Of a stretch of 18,867 nt of DNA, positions 1 to 7,769 are shown piece after piece. The stretch is from Campylobacterota bacterium (GTDB lineage: Bacteria > Campylobacterota > Campylobacteria > Campylobacterales > Sulfurimonadaceae). How positions within the stretch are numbered: the first letter of the stretch is position 1; each line of letters starts with the position of its first letter. Below the pieces are notes generated by a model. It was given only the letters and a program-made list of their open reading frames with translations. It had not been told where the DNA came from and did no database searches. The position numbers and the translations under genes were made by a program. The stretch covers positions 1-18,867 of the forward strand of contig JAYEMF010000047.1 in NCBI GenBank assembly GCA_034717975.1, read 5' to 3'.

Positions 1-1245
1 ATCGGTCTCGTCCACGAAAGCAAAGAGCTCTCCATCGACAAGGGCAGGCAAAGTATTGTCTACCCTGGTGTTGCGACCACCGTGCAAACCGATTCAGTCA
101 GTGTCACCCTTCCGGGTGACCTCATCCTCTACTCTCAGCAGTACCGTTTCGACAAAATCACCCTTAACAAAATCATCGAAGCGCACATTGGAAAGGAGGT
201 TCGTTATAAAAGCGGCCCAAAGAAACAGCAGGTTATCAAAAAGGGTACGTTGCTGGCTTCAAATCCTGCCGTAGTTGAAACTAAAGATGGGATTGTCAGC
301 GGTATTGCAGCGGGTGATTTTATCTTTGAAAGCATTCCGAGCGAACTCATTATGAAACCTTCGCTGGTCTGGAATGTAGCCGTGCCGCGTTCAACTACCG
401 GCATGATGAACCTTGACTACCTGATCTCACGTATCAGTTGGAAAAGCGATTATATTTTGAACCTGCATGAGAACAGTGGCGACCTTACCGGCTGGGTCAC
501 CGTCGACAACCGTTCGGGGAAACGCTTTGAAGAGGTCAAACTGAACTTGCTGGCCGGTGATATCAATCGAGCCTCAGCACCACAACTCTATGCCGATGCC
601 ATGCGGATGGAGAAGAGTATGGCCGCTGCACCGGTGGCGCATCAGGCACATGAGGGCTACCACTTCTACTCCGTACCCTTCAGCGTCACCCTTGCCAATA
701 ACGAAAAGACCCAAGTCAAATTCATTGATCAGCCGCGTCATAAGCTCAAGCGGCTTTATGATGTCAAAATGCAGCATCCTTTTAGCACCACCACAGAGCA
801 AAAAAGAGCTGTCAGTCAGTATGTTGAACTCTCCAAATTCCCCATGCCGCTTCCAGGCGGAATTGTCCGTACCTACTCTAAAGCGGGTGACACTACCGTC
901 CTCTTAGGCGAAACTCCTCTTGAAAACACACCAAAAAATGAAAAAGTAAAACTGCGTATCGGGACAAATTTCGATCTTATCGCCAAAAACAAATTGACCG
1001 AACGCAGTGATGACAGCCGTTATTATGGGGCAAAAATCGCTTATACGGTGACTAACCGCTCAGATAAGAGCAAAACAGTCGATGTGGATATTCCCGGTAT
1101 CGTTGAACGCACAAAACATCTCAGCACCATCACAACCGAACTGCCTTACACACGTCCGGATGGCTATACACTTCGTTTTACAATTACCCTCAAAGCCGGT
1201 GAGACAAAAACATGGGATGTGGCTTACAGGACAAAGAAAAATTAA
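1..1245 (+). CDS. DUF4139/DUF4140-family protein, 5'-truncated by the window edge
   Basis: Frame 1 is open from base 1 (IGLVHESKELSIDKG...), so the GTG at 82 is internal. Family-like motifs: LDYLISRISWKSDY, LTGWVTVDNRSG, LLAGDINR, YHFYSVPFSVTLANNEKTQV, PLPGGIVRTY. TAA at 1243-1245. Confidence 0.8.
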   Translation: MGLVHESKELSIDKGRQSIVYPGVATTVQTDSVSVTLPGDLILYSQQYRFDKITLNKIIEAHIGKEVRYKSGPKKQQVIKKGTLLASNPAVVETKDGIVSGIAAGDFIFESIPSELIMKPSLVWNVAVPRSTTGMMNLDYLISRISWKSDYILNLHENSGDLTGWVTVDNRSGKRFEEVKLNLLAGDINRASAPQLYADAMRMEKSMAAAPVAHQAHEGYHFYSVPFSVTLANNEKTQVKFIDQPRHKLKRLYDVKMQHPFSTTTEQKRAVSQYVELSKFPMPLPGGIVRTYSKAGDTTVLLGETPLENTPKNEKVKLRIGTNFDLIAKNKLTERSDDSRYYGAKIAYTVTNRSDKSKTVDVDIPGIVERTKHLSTITTELPYTRPDGYTLRFTITLKAGETKTWDVAYRTKKN

Positions 1246-1568
1246 AGAGAGGGTTTTATCGCCTCATAGATAGAAGATCCCAGTGCCAGTGCGGCCATAG
1301 CGTAAGCAAGTCGTTCGGCATTGCGGATGGAACGGTAGTGGTTCATAAGTTCTTCATCACCGAGCGGTTCAAAGGATTTGGTGTGAATATATTTGATCGC
1401 ATTGCGCAAAATCACATTACCAAACTCTATACGCCATTTTGGGTAGCCAAGCCTGGCAAATTCATTGGGGTGCTCCTTTTCAAGATATTTGAAAAAGGTA
1501 TTTGTCGCAGCAAGCTGCCAAAGAACAGCTAGGATAAAAATAAATATGCTTGCAGTAAAAAGTGCCAT
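1242..1568 (-). CDS. Small two-TM membrane protein, 108 aa, UspB-like architecture
   Basis: Hydrophobic N- and C-terminal segments flank YLEKEHP...KYIH...DEEL...SIR. The ATG overlaps the M14 stop (TAATG at 1566-1570). The UspB resemblance is by eye only. Confidence 0.7.
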   Translation of the reverse strand: MALFTASIFIFILAVLWQLAATNTFFKYLEKEHPNEFARLGYPKWRIEFGNVILRNAIKYIHTKSFEPLGDEELMNHYRSIRNAERLAYAMAALALGSSIYEAIKPSL

Positions 1569-4165
1569 TATTCTGACTCATCCAGGTTATATCCCAACCA
1601 TTTCGGCTCTGAGTAATTTGGAACATCGTCATAGGTAAAGACCGCATAATATTTTTTCACTTTTTTGTCACCGAAGTTATCATAGGTGTACTTATCTTTA
1701 CCGCCATATAGTTTCACTCCGTCAAGCGGTGACGATGGAATATGAAACGGGTTTTTAACTACGGTGACACCGCGAAAGGCCTCATCAACCGGGTTATCCC
1801 AGTCAAGACGGATCATACCGTTCTCTATTGACGTACGCAAATTACTCACAGGAGATACACCGTTTCGGCGTTTTTTGATATAGTCGATCACCAGTTTCGG
1901 ACGAATCTGACGCTTGATATCCATCCAGCTGACCGACTGCAGTTTGCTGTAAGTCTTCTCAGAAGAGGCAGAGATGACAAAAAGAAGTTTCTCCCCCTCC
2001 TGAACCGACCGTACCATCTCTCTCACAGCCAGACGGTCAAAAACAAACCGCTGTGAACGTTCTGCTTTAAGATCTTCTACACTGACATCATAACCGATAC
2101 GCTCAATCACCTCACGCGCTTTGACTTTTTCATAACTCTTTTCGCCATCTTGGTTCTTCTTCACCAGTTCAAGGTGAAAACGCAGATGCCTCAGGGCATC
2201 GATCTTCTGAACCATCATTTCGACATAAGCGTCTGAGATCACTGTCGTCTCTATATCCGGCATCTGACTCAGATCAAACTCCATACAGCTATAGACACGA
2301 CTCCCGTCTCTGTCATAGCCGGCGTCTAGTCTACCCGCATCAATCCCTGCTTTGGCGAGCGTAAACTCACGCTGTGAATAGAGTTCAAGATGGGCCTCTT
2401 CGACGGTGTAGGTGATCTCAAGTTTAGGACGGAAAGTCAAACCGCCGCTAAATTTTCCATAGCCGATGTCCCACTGCATCAATTGCGATGAACGGTCAAG
2501 AGGAAGCTTGGTCGGTCCCTCCATGCGAAAGACCGCTTTACGCCGCTTCAGGCACTCCTGCATCAGTGTACGTTCCTGTTTGGAAAACGCATACGTTCTC
2601 CAAACCCCCTGTGAAAGCTGGTTTGATCGTGTCGGTTGTCCAATATAGCCAAGGATCTTTGCCGACTTGATATCATCGTAGCTGTAAAGCGTATCACAGG
2701 TTCGTTCATCCATCAGGCCCACTCGCCACTCTCCAAATTTCTCAACCTGTACTGAGACGCGATTCATCGGGTAAAAAGAGATGCGTGCCGATTTTATAAG
2801 TGCATTTTCGGGAATACTCTCCAGTGAAAAACTGCTTACTCCGAAACACTCCCCTTTGCCTTCCGAGATTCCGACGAAAAGAGAGTTGTTTCCAAAATGC
2901 TCTTTGTTTCTCTTGGTCTTTTCACCCACGTATCCGATCTCCTCTTTGAGAGAGAACAGGGTACTGGAGAACATGTTGTAAGCCGGTTGCGTCCGGGCAC
3001 CAACGACCGGGGCAAACGGTGATTTGATATAGCGCTCTTTATTGACCGCACGGATAAAGTAGTAGTAATCTGTCGCCGGATTGAGATGACGATCGGTATA
3101 GGTGAGTGACTTTGTCATTCCGATACGGTTGGAACTTTGTGAATACCCTTTACGATTTTCCGACCGGTAGATCTCAAAATAGATATCATCACTCTCCGGA
3201 TACTCCCAGTTCAGTTCAATCTCTTTGGCACTCACGCCTGTCGAGATAAAACTTTCTACACGGGGAAGTCCATCGCTCTGATAGTGAGGCGCTTCTGAGA
3301 GCGCATACATCAATGCCGGGATATTCTCATTGATATTCTCGATCATATTCTCCTGATAGTCGGAGATATTTCGTGAGCCCACTTCAGCGACCAGAGACAA
3401 TATCCCTCTGGAGTAGTAAAATTCCCGTCCGCTGCCAGAGATAAGGTGAGTCGGCGGTTTACCCATATGGACACCATACTCTCGTCCGGAGACTTTTCGG
3501 ATCTCTTCAGCCATATTGGACGCCAGTGAGTTCAGGTCGGTAGCATCGATGGCATCTTCATGAATGAAGTTATGTGCAGGGAAGAAGACATTTCCCTGCG
3601 AGTGATAATCCAGAGCGATGGTGATATTCGGATGGGCTTCGACATAGTTTTTCAGTGCCAGCGTTTCAGGTTCGCTAAACGGTGAGGGCCCCGAATAGAC
3701 ATTGGAGGAGGTGTTTTGATTTGGTGCGAAGCCGATGGAAAAGTTACGGTTAAGATCGACTCCAAAACTGCCATCGGCATTCTGACGGCGGTTTTTACGC
3801 CAGAACGAGAAGTGGTTACGCGAATACTCAAACCCGTCAGGATTGGCAACCGGTACCATATAGAACGTCGCACGTGTCAGCAGCTGATTGAGCTGGGGAT
3901 CGTAATCAATATGGTCGAGCACATACTTGGCAAAGGCTATAGAGAGTTCAATTCCGATCCACTCTCTCGCGTGAATAGTACCGGTAAAGAAGAGTGCCGG
4001 TTTTCTGTCGGCCTCTTCCATTCCCTTACTCATGGTCACGACAAACATATCGCGTTTTTCCCAGGTCTCGCCGATCGTCTCTACCCGGAACAGATCAGGA
4101 TGGCTACGCTGTGCTGCATTAAAAAAGTCTACACACTCTTGATAGGAACTGTATTGTTGTCTCAA
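1568..4165 (-). CDS. M14 zinc carboxypeptidase with FN3 and tandem DNRLRE/CBM96-like accessory domains, 865 aa
   Basis: Motifs HARE (H65/E68), NPDG, WRKNR, GVDLNRNF, DYHSQG and catalytic E261 (AEVG). FN3-like segment at about aa 300-393 (ELNW...YTD..LNPATDYYYFIRAVN). TTG start preceded by a GAGGT SD. Confidence 0.9.
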   Translation of the reverse strand: MRQQYSSYQECVDFFNAAQRSHPDLFRVETIGETWEKRDMFVVTMSKGMEEADRKPALFFTGTIHAREWIGIELSIAFAKYVLDHIDYDPQLNQLLTRATFYMVPVANPDGFEYSRNHFSFWRKNRRQNADGSFGVDLNRNFSIGFAPNQNTSSNVYSGPSPFSEPETLALKNYVEAHPNITIALDYHSQGNVFFPAHNFIHEDAIDATDLNSLASNMAEEIRKVSGREYGVHMGKPPTHLISGSGREFYYSRGILSLVAEVGSRNISDYQENMIENINENIPALMYALSEAPHYQSDGLPRVESFISTGVSAKEIELNWEYPESDDIYFEIYRSENRKGYSQSSNRIGMTKSLTYTDRHLNPATDYYYFIRAVNKERYIKSPFAPVVGARTQPAYNMFSSTLFSLKEEIGYVGEKTKRNKEHFGNNSLFVGISEGKGECFGVSSFSLESIPENALIKSARISFYPMNRVSVQVEKFGEWRVGLMDERTCDTLYSYDDIKSAKILGYIGQPTRSNQLSQGVWRTYAFSKQERTLMQECLKRRKAVFRMEGPTKLPLDRSSQLMQWDIGYGKFSGGLTFRPKLEITYTVEEAHLELYSQREFTLAKAGIDAGRLDAGYDRDGSRVYSCMEFDLSQMPDIETTVISDAYVEMMVQKIDALRHLRFHLELVKKNQDGEKSYEKVKAREVIERIGYDVSVEDLKAERSQRFVFDRLAVREMVRSVQEGEKLLFVISASSEKTYSKLQSVSWMDIKRQIRPKLVIDYIKKRRNGVSPVSNLRTSIENGMIRLDWDNPVDEAFRGVTVVKNPFHIPSSPLDGVKLYGGKDKYTYDNFGDKKVKKYYAVFTYDDVPNYSEPKWLGYNLDESE

Positions 4166-4201
4166 AAATTACCTCAAAATATCTAAAAATTAGTGATTGT
4201 C

Positions 4202-4239
4202 CGGATGGGGGAAAGCGCCGATTTTCGCGGTTCCATCCG
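4202..4239 (-). other. Intra-operon stem-loop
   Basis: CGGATGG (4202-4208) and CCATCCG (4233-4239) form a perfect inverted repeat with an inner GCG/CGC pairing. On the minus strand the U7 run precedes the stem, so this is not a canonical terminator. Confidence 0.5.
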
Positions 4240-4254
4240 TAAAAAAAGTGGTCG

Positions 4255-5583
4255 TTATTTAAATGATCCTGCCCATTGCTCTATCTGCTGTTCAGTGATA
4301 AAATCACAATCACCAAGGGCTTCAAGCGTACTTACTTCACCAGACTCAATAAGCTCTTTGATTTTAACGGCACTCTCATCATCCATACCATACAGTGTCA
4401 TCAATTCAGTCAGTGTAACCTCTGTAAATCCAAAACGTTCATCATCATCGATATCGGTATTGATCGCTTCACTTTTTATGAAGGCGTCTTTAACGATCTC
4501 CGGAAGGTCCTCCTCTTTCTGCGGTGGTTCGATCGAATCCGGTACATCATCCGGATGAGATGCTTCAGCCAGCTCCATATCGAAGTTTCCTTTGTCAGCC
4601 AGCCAGTAGGCACCATCGGCGGACGGCTCATATTTGGCAAAGTAGAGGTGACGAAGCGTACGCAGTACGGAAGGGTCCATCTTGCCCAGCTCTTCCCATG
4701 AGAAGAGTGGAACATGCGGCATTCTGAAACGTCCTTCACTCAGATCCCACATGATATACTGGCCGATCCAGTCACGAATGTATGGAAAAGCGGCAAAGGC
4801 TGTAGCACACTCAAGGATGTACGCGGCACCTGTCTTCGCATCGATTGCGATATCACATGCCCAATACTCCGCTTTCGCCGCTTTGGAAGCCTTCACAGCC
4901 AGTTCAAGAGCATTCATAGGTACATTTTCATAGCTCATGGAACCGCCCTGAGAGGTGTTGGTGATCCACTCACCTGCACCTGAGTAGCGCCAGAAGGCAC
5001 ATACCGGTTTATGTCCGATGAGCATCACACGGAGGTCGCCGCTGTCTTTAAGGTCGATGGCATCCTGGATATACATCGGAACATATTTCTCTTTGTCAAA
5101 CAGTGCTTTGGCTTCCGCAGCATCATCGACTTTATGAACAAAATAACCGCCGTAGTTGGATGGTCCATAGCTTCGCTTGACGATCTTTGGATATTTAGCA
5201 GTTTTGAGGTATTCATATCCCTCTTTCATATCGTAAAAGATCTCCGTTTTCGGATCATCAAGATCATATTTTTCACAAAAAAGCGTTACATTCTCTTTTG
5301 ATTTATTGGGGAACTGTGTTTCAATGGACGGGATAAAACGGACATGAGGAAGGGCTTTTGCGATCTCTTTGAACGTCTCATAAGCGGTTGCCGGAATATT
5401 TCCGACGAGTACATCGATATTTTTACGGCGTACTTCGTTGATAAAACGTGTTTTATCATTTCCCCAGTGGTAGACAACCGATTCAATTTTGTCAGGCCAC
5501 CCTCTAAAGTTGCTGTTATCAAAAAAGCGAAGGACATAGTCCATGTAAAGCATTCCCAATCTAGGTAGCTGTTTCTTTGCCAT
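4255..5583 (-). CDS. ATP-grasp (RimK/GshB-like) protein with an acidic C-terminal extension and a degenerate HhH-like domain, 442 aa
   Basis: Motifs YPKIVKRSYG..YGG.FV, YIQDAI, DLRVMLIG, WITNTSQGG, CDIA and YILEC. ATG preceded by an AGGAG SD. The C-terminal segment is ELMTLYGMDDESAVKI...GEVSTLEAL. Confidence 0.85.
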   Translation of the reverse strand: MAKKQLPRLGMLYMDYVLRFFDNSNFRGWPDKIESVVYHWGNDKTRFINEVRRKNIDVLVGNIPATAYETFKEIAKALPHVRFIPSIETQFPNKSKENVTLFCEKYDLDDPKTEIFYDMKEGYEYLKTAKYPKIVKRSYGPSNYGGYFVHKVDDAAEAKALFDKEKYVPMYIQDAIDLKDSGDLRVMLIGHKPVCAFWRYSGAGEWITNTSQGGSMSYENVPMNALELAVKASKAAKAEYWACDIAIDAKTGAAYILECATAFAAFPYIRDWIGQYIMWDLSEGRFRMPHVPLFSWEELGKMDPSVLRTLRHLYFAKYEPSADGAYWLADKGNFDMELAEASHPDDVPDSIEPPQKEEDLPEIVKDAFIKSEAINTDIDDDERFGFTEVTLTELMTLYGMDDESAVKIKELIESGEVSTLEALGDCDFITEQQIEQWAGSFK

Positions 5584-5604
5584 ATTTATTATCTCCTAAT
5601 TAAA

Positions 5605-6510
5605 TTATTTGTTCTTTGTTTTTCTATCGATCATCTCAACGATCAGATCAATTTTTTTGTCATTGAAGTTCAGTCCCATCGCCTCTTGATCCGGCGTTGC
5701 AAATGCAGGGATGCCGTTGACTTCCAGTACGACATACTCTTCGCGCTCTCTGTCATAAAGAAGATCTACCCCGGCAATATCCATGCCAAGTGCGCTGGAA
5801 GCACGTATCGCGGTATTGACCACGTCATCATCAGGTTCACGCAGGATTACGCTGCCTCCAGCCGTGACATTGGTACGCCAGTCCCGGCCGCTCGCTTTGC
5901 GCCCGTAGCAGCTGACAAACTCGCCATCGACAACATCAATACGGAAATCAGAGTAGTCATTTTCAATAAAACGCTCAACATAGATATTACGGATATCCAT
6001 CTGGTTGACAAACGGCATCAGCATGTCGAACTTGTCCCGATCATCGAGCAGTGCCATTCCGGCACCGCCCCAGCCGTCAATCGGCTTAAATACCATCTTG
6101 CCCCATTCATCAATCCTTTGATAGAGTCCTTCATGGTCACTCTCACGGTGGCAGATATAAAAGTCAGATGTTTTTACGCCTGCCCTATGAAGCATCATGT
6201 TGGAACGGAACTTGTCTTCAGAAATTTTGAATGAATGAAAGCTATTGATGGTCGGAATGAAATCATTGAGTATCTCGTAGAGATAGACCTGCCCCAGCGT
6301 CTGCTCACCGGCATTGTAAGAGAAGAAAAGGTCCAGATCCAGCATATTGACCCCTTTACAGATCATGGCACCGTTTTGTGACTCGGCGAAACGAAGGTCC
6401 AGATCACGAATCACATCAACCTCTCGCTCTTTCAAGCGTGCTTCTATCTTATCCTGAAGGATGTCACCGCCGCCATTGCTGTACATCCACATACCAACCT
6501 GTCTACTCAT
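5605..6510 (-). CDS. RimK-family alpha-L-glutamate-ligase-like ATP-grasp enzyme, 301 aa
   Basis: Motifs SEDKF, VFKPIDGWGGAG, YVERFI, DFRIDVVDG, WRTNVTAGG, AGVDLL and LEVNGIPAF (E263-x-N265). ATGA overlap with the upstream M20 gene. Confidence 0.9.
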   Translation of the reverse strand: MSRQVGMWMYSNGGGDILQDKIEARLKEREVDVIRDLDLRFAESQNGAMICKGVNMLDLDLFFSYNAGEQTLGQVYLYEILNDFIPTINSFHSFKISEDKFRSNMMLHRAGVKTSDFYICHRESDHEGLYQRIDEWGKMVFKPIDGWGGAGMALLDDRDKFDMLMPFVNQMDIRNIYVERFIENDYSDFRIDVVDGEFVSCYGRKASGRDWRTNVTAGGSVILREPDDDVVNTAIRASSALGMDIAGVDLLYDREREEYVVLEVNGIPAFATPDQEAMGLNFNDKKIDLIVEMIDRKTKNK

Positions 6511-7625
6511 CTACTCTCCCCCTCTTTAAAATCCAATTCTTTGCAAAAGTGCTTTAAAAGCGTAGTCGTCAACGCAATACGCTCATCAAAACTGCTTTTA
6601 CGTGCACGCTCATGATGGGTATGGTCGCCATCGCCATAAGGGCCAAAACCATCGAGTGTCACTACCCCTTTTGAGCTGACAATATTTGCATCACTCACAC
6701 CGCCGCGCTCCTCCGTCGGCAATTTTACTCCGGTAATACGCTCAATATCAGTGATAAAATCCAGTGTCGCATCACTGCACTGCATCACATCACGCTGGAT
6801 ACCGCCGCAAAGCATCGACTTCGTTCCCTCTACATATGGTGTGGCCACAATCTCATCGATCGCCTTGAGCACACGTTCTCGCTCATCGGCTCTCTTATAA
6901 CGCAATTCAAAAAGCAGGTGGGCTTTTGGCGAGATCGTATTGGCACCGATTCCGCCTTCGAGTTTACCGACATTGACCGTCGTCCCTTTTTCAAGGTCAG
7001 TCAGGGCAACAAGTGCCTGAAGTTTATACGCCGCTTCGAGATTGGCATCGACACCCTCGGCATAATGGTTGCCGGCATGCTTGGCGAGCCCTTCAATATC
7101 GATGGTGAACGTTCCCACGCCCTTGCGCGCCGTCACCACTTCCATATTGGGACCGGCCGCCTCGTAAACCAGACAGTAATCATACTGAGAGGCCAGTTCG
7201 CCGCTTACCAGTTTCGAATCGTCGCTGCCCGTCTCTTCATCGCTGACCAGCAGCATATCGATATTGGTAATCTCAATATCTTCGGCCTTTAGGTTGCGCA
7301 GTGCCTGAAGGGCAACGATATTGCCGCCTTTCATATCACAGGCGCCCGGACCATAGATCCACTCACCGTCATCCTCGTAATGATCAAAAGTGTCAGGAGG
7401 GAAAACGGTATCGATATGTCCAAGCAGAAGCAGACATTTGCCCTCTTTACGTGAAGAGGTGTAGTAGCGATGCGCACCGATCAGTTCGCGCCGATACTGC
7501 TTGAGATCAAAACCAAGCAGACTCATCCAGCCATCAAAGAGATCACCGACCTTGTCAACACCGGCTTTGTTCTTCGTGTAAGAGTTGATCAACATTGTAG
7601 ATTGTAAATCTTCTAAATAGCCCAC
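6507..7625 (-). CDS. M20 metallopeptidase, carboxypeptidase G2-like (glutamate carboxypeptidase-like)
   Basis: Motifs GHIDTV, GPGACDMKGG, DEETGS, YEAAG, ARKG, HAG, GGVSDAN and HTHHE. The likely start is GTG at 7625 (GAGGT SD just upstream); the ORF extends to a GTG at 7646. No signal peptide is evident. Confidence 0.88.
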   Translation of the reverse strand: MGYLEDLQSTMLINSYTKNKAGVDKVGDLFDGWMSLLGFDLKQYRRELIGAHRYYTSSRKEGKCLLLLGHIDTVFPPDTFDHYEDDGEWIYGPGACDMKGGNIVALQALRNLKAEDIEITNIDMLLVSDEETGSDDSKLVSGELASQYDYCLVYEAAGPNMEVVTARKGVGTFTIDIEGLAKHAGNHYAEGVDANLEAAYKLQALVALTDLEKGTTVNVGKLEGGIGANTISPKAHLLFELRYKRADERERVLKAIDEIVATPYVEGTKSMLCGGIQRDVMQCSDATLDFITDIERITGVKLPTEERGGVSDANIVSSKGVVTLDGFGPYGDGDHTHHERARKSSFDERIALTTTLLKHFCKELDFKEGESR

Positions 7626-7692
7626 ACATACCTCTTTTATAGACACAAGAGTATATAAAAATCACATTACACCAGTGAAACAAATAGTAGTT

Positions 7693-7720
7693 ATTATACT
7701 GGATTAAATTTAAAATTTTG
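7693..7720 (-). promoter_or_regulatory. Putative housekeeping-sigma promoter for the M20/ATP-grasp/M14 operon
   Basis: Minus-strand TATAAT at 7693-7698, preceded by AT-rich tracts (TTTTAAATTTAATCCAG), the usual Campylobacterota promoter pattern. Confidence 0.55.
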
Positions 7721-7769
7721 GGAGGTTGTCGGTTGGAGTTTAAAAAGTAAAAAGAGGGTGACTCCGCAA

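Noticed and set aside
4255..6510. Tandem ATP-grasp genes as a graspetide (microviridin-type) RiPP cluster
   Set aside because: No small precursor ORF with a leader and repeated T/S/K-D/E cores, and no ABC transporter. The motifs (WRTN..GG, AGVD, EVN..P) are RimK-like. The KYEPSAD string in the larger protein is only a loose match to TxKYPSD.
4255..6510. Assigning gshB or rimK gene symbols
   Set aside because: No recognisable GshB N-terminal domain. The N-termini differ from E. coli RimK and rpsF is not nearby, so the family can be called but orthology cannot.
5605..7625. LysX/LysK (LysW-dependent lysine/arginine biosynthesis)
   Set aside because: RimK-like plus M20 fits superficially, but there is no LysW carrier (zinc ribbon ending in EDWGE) and no lysZ/lysY/lysJ in the window.
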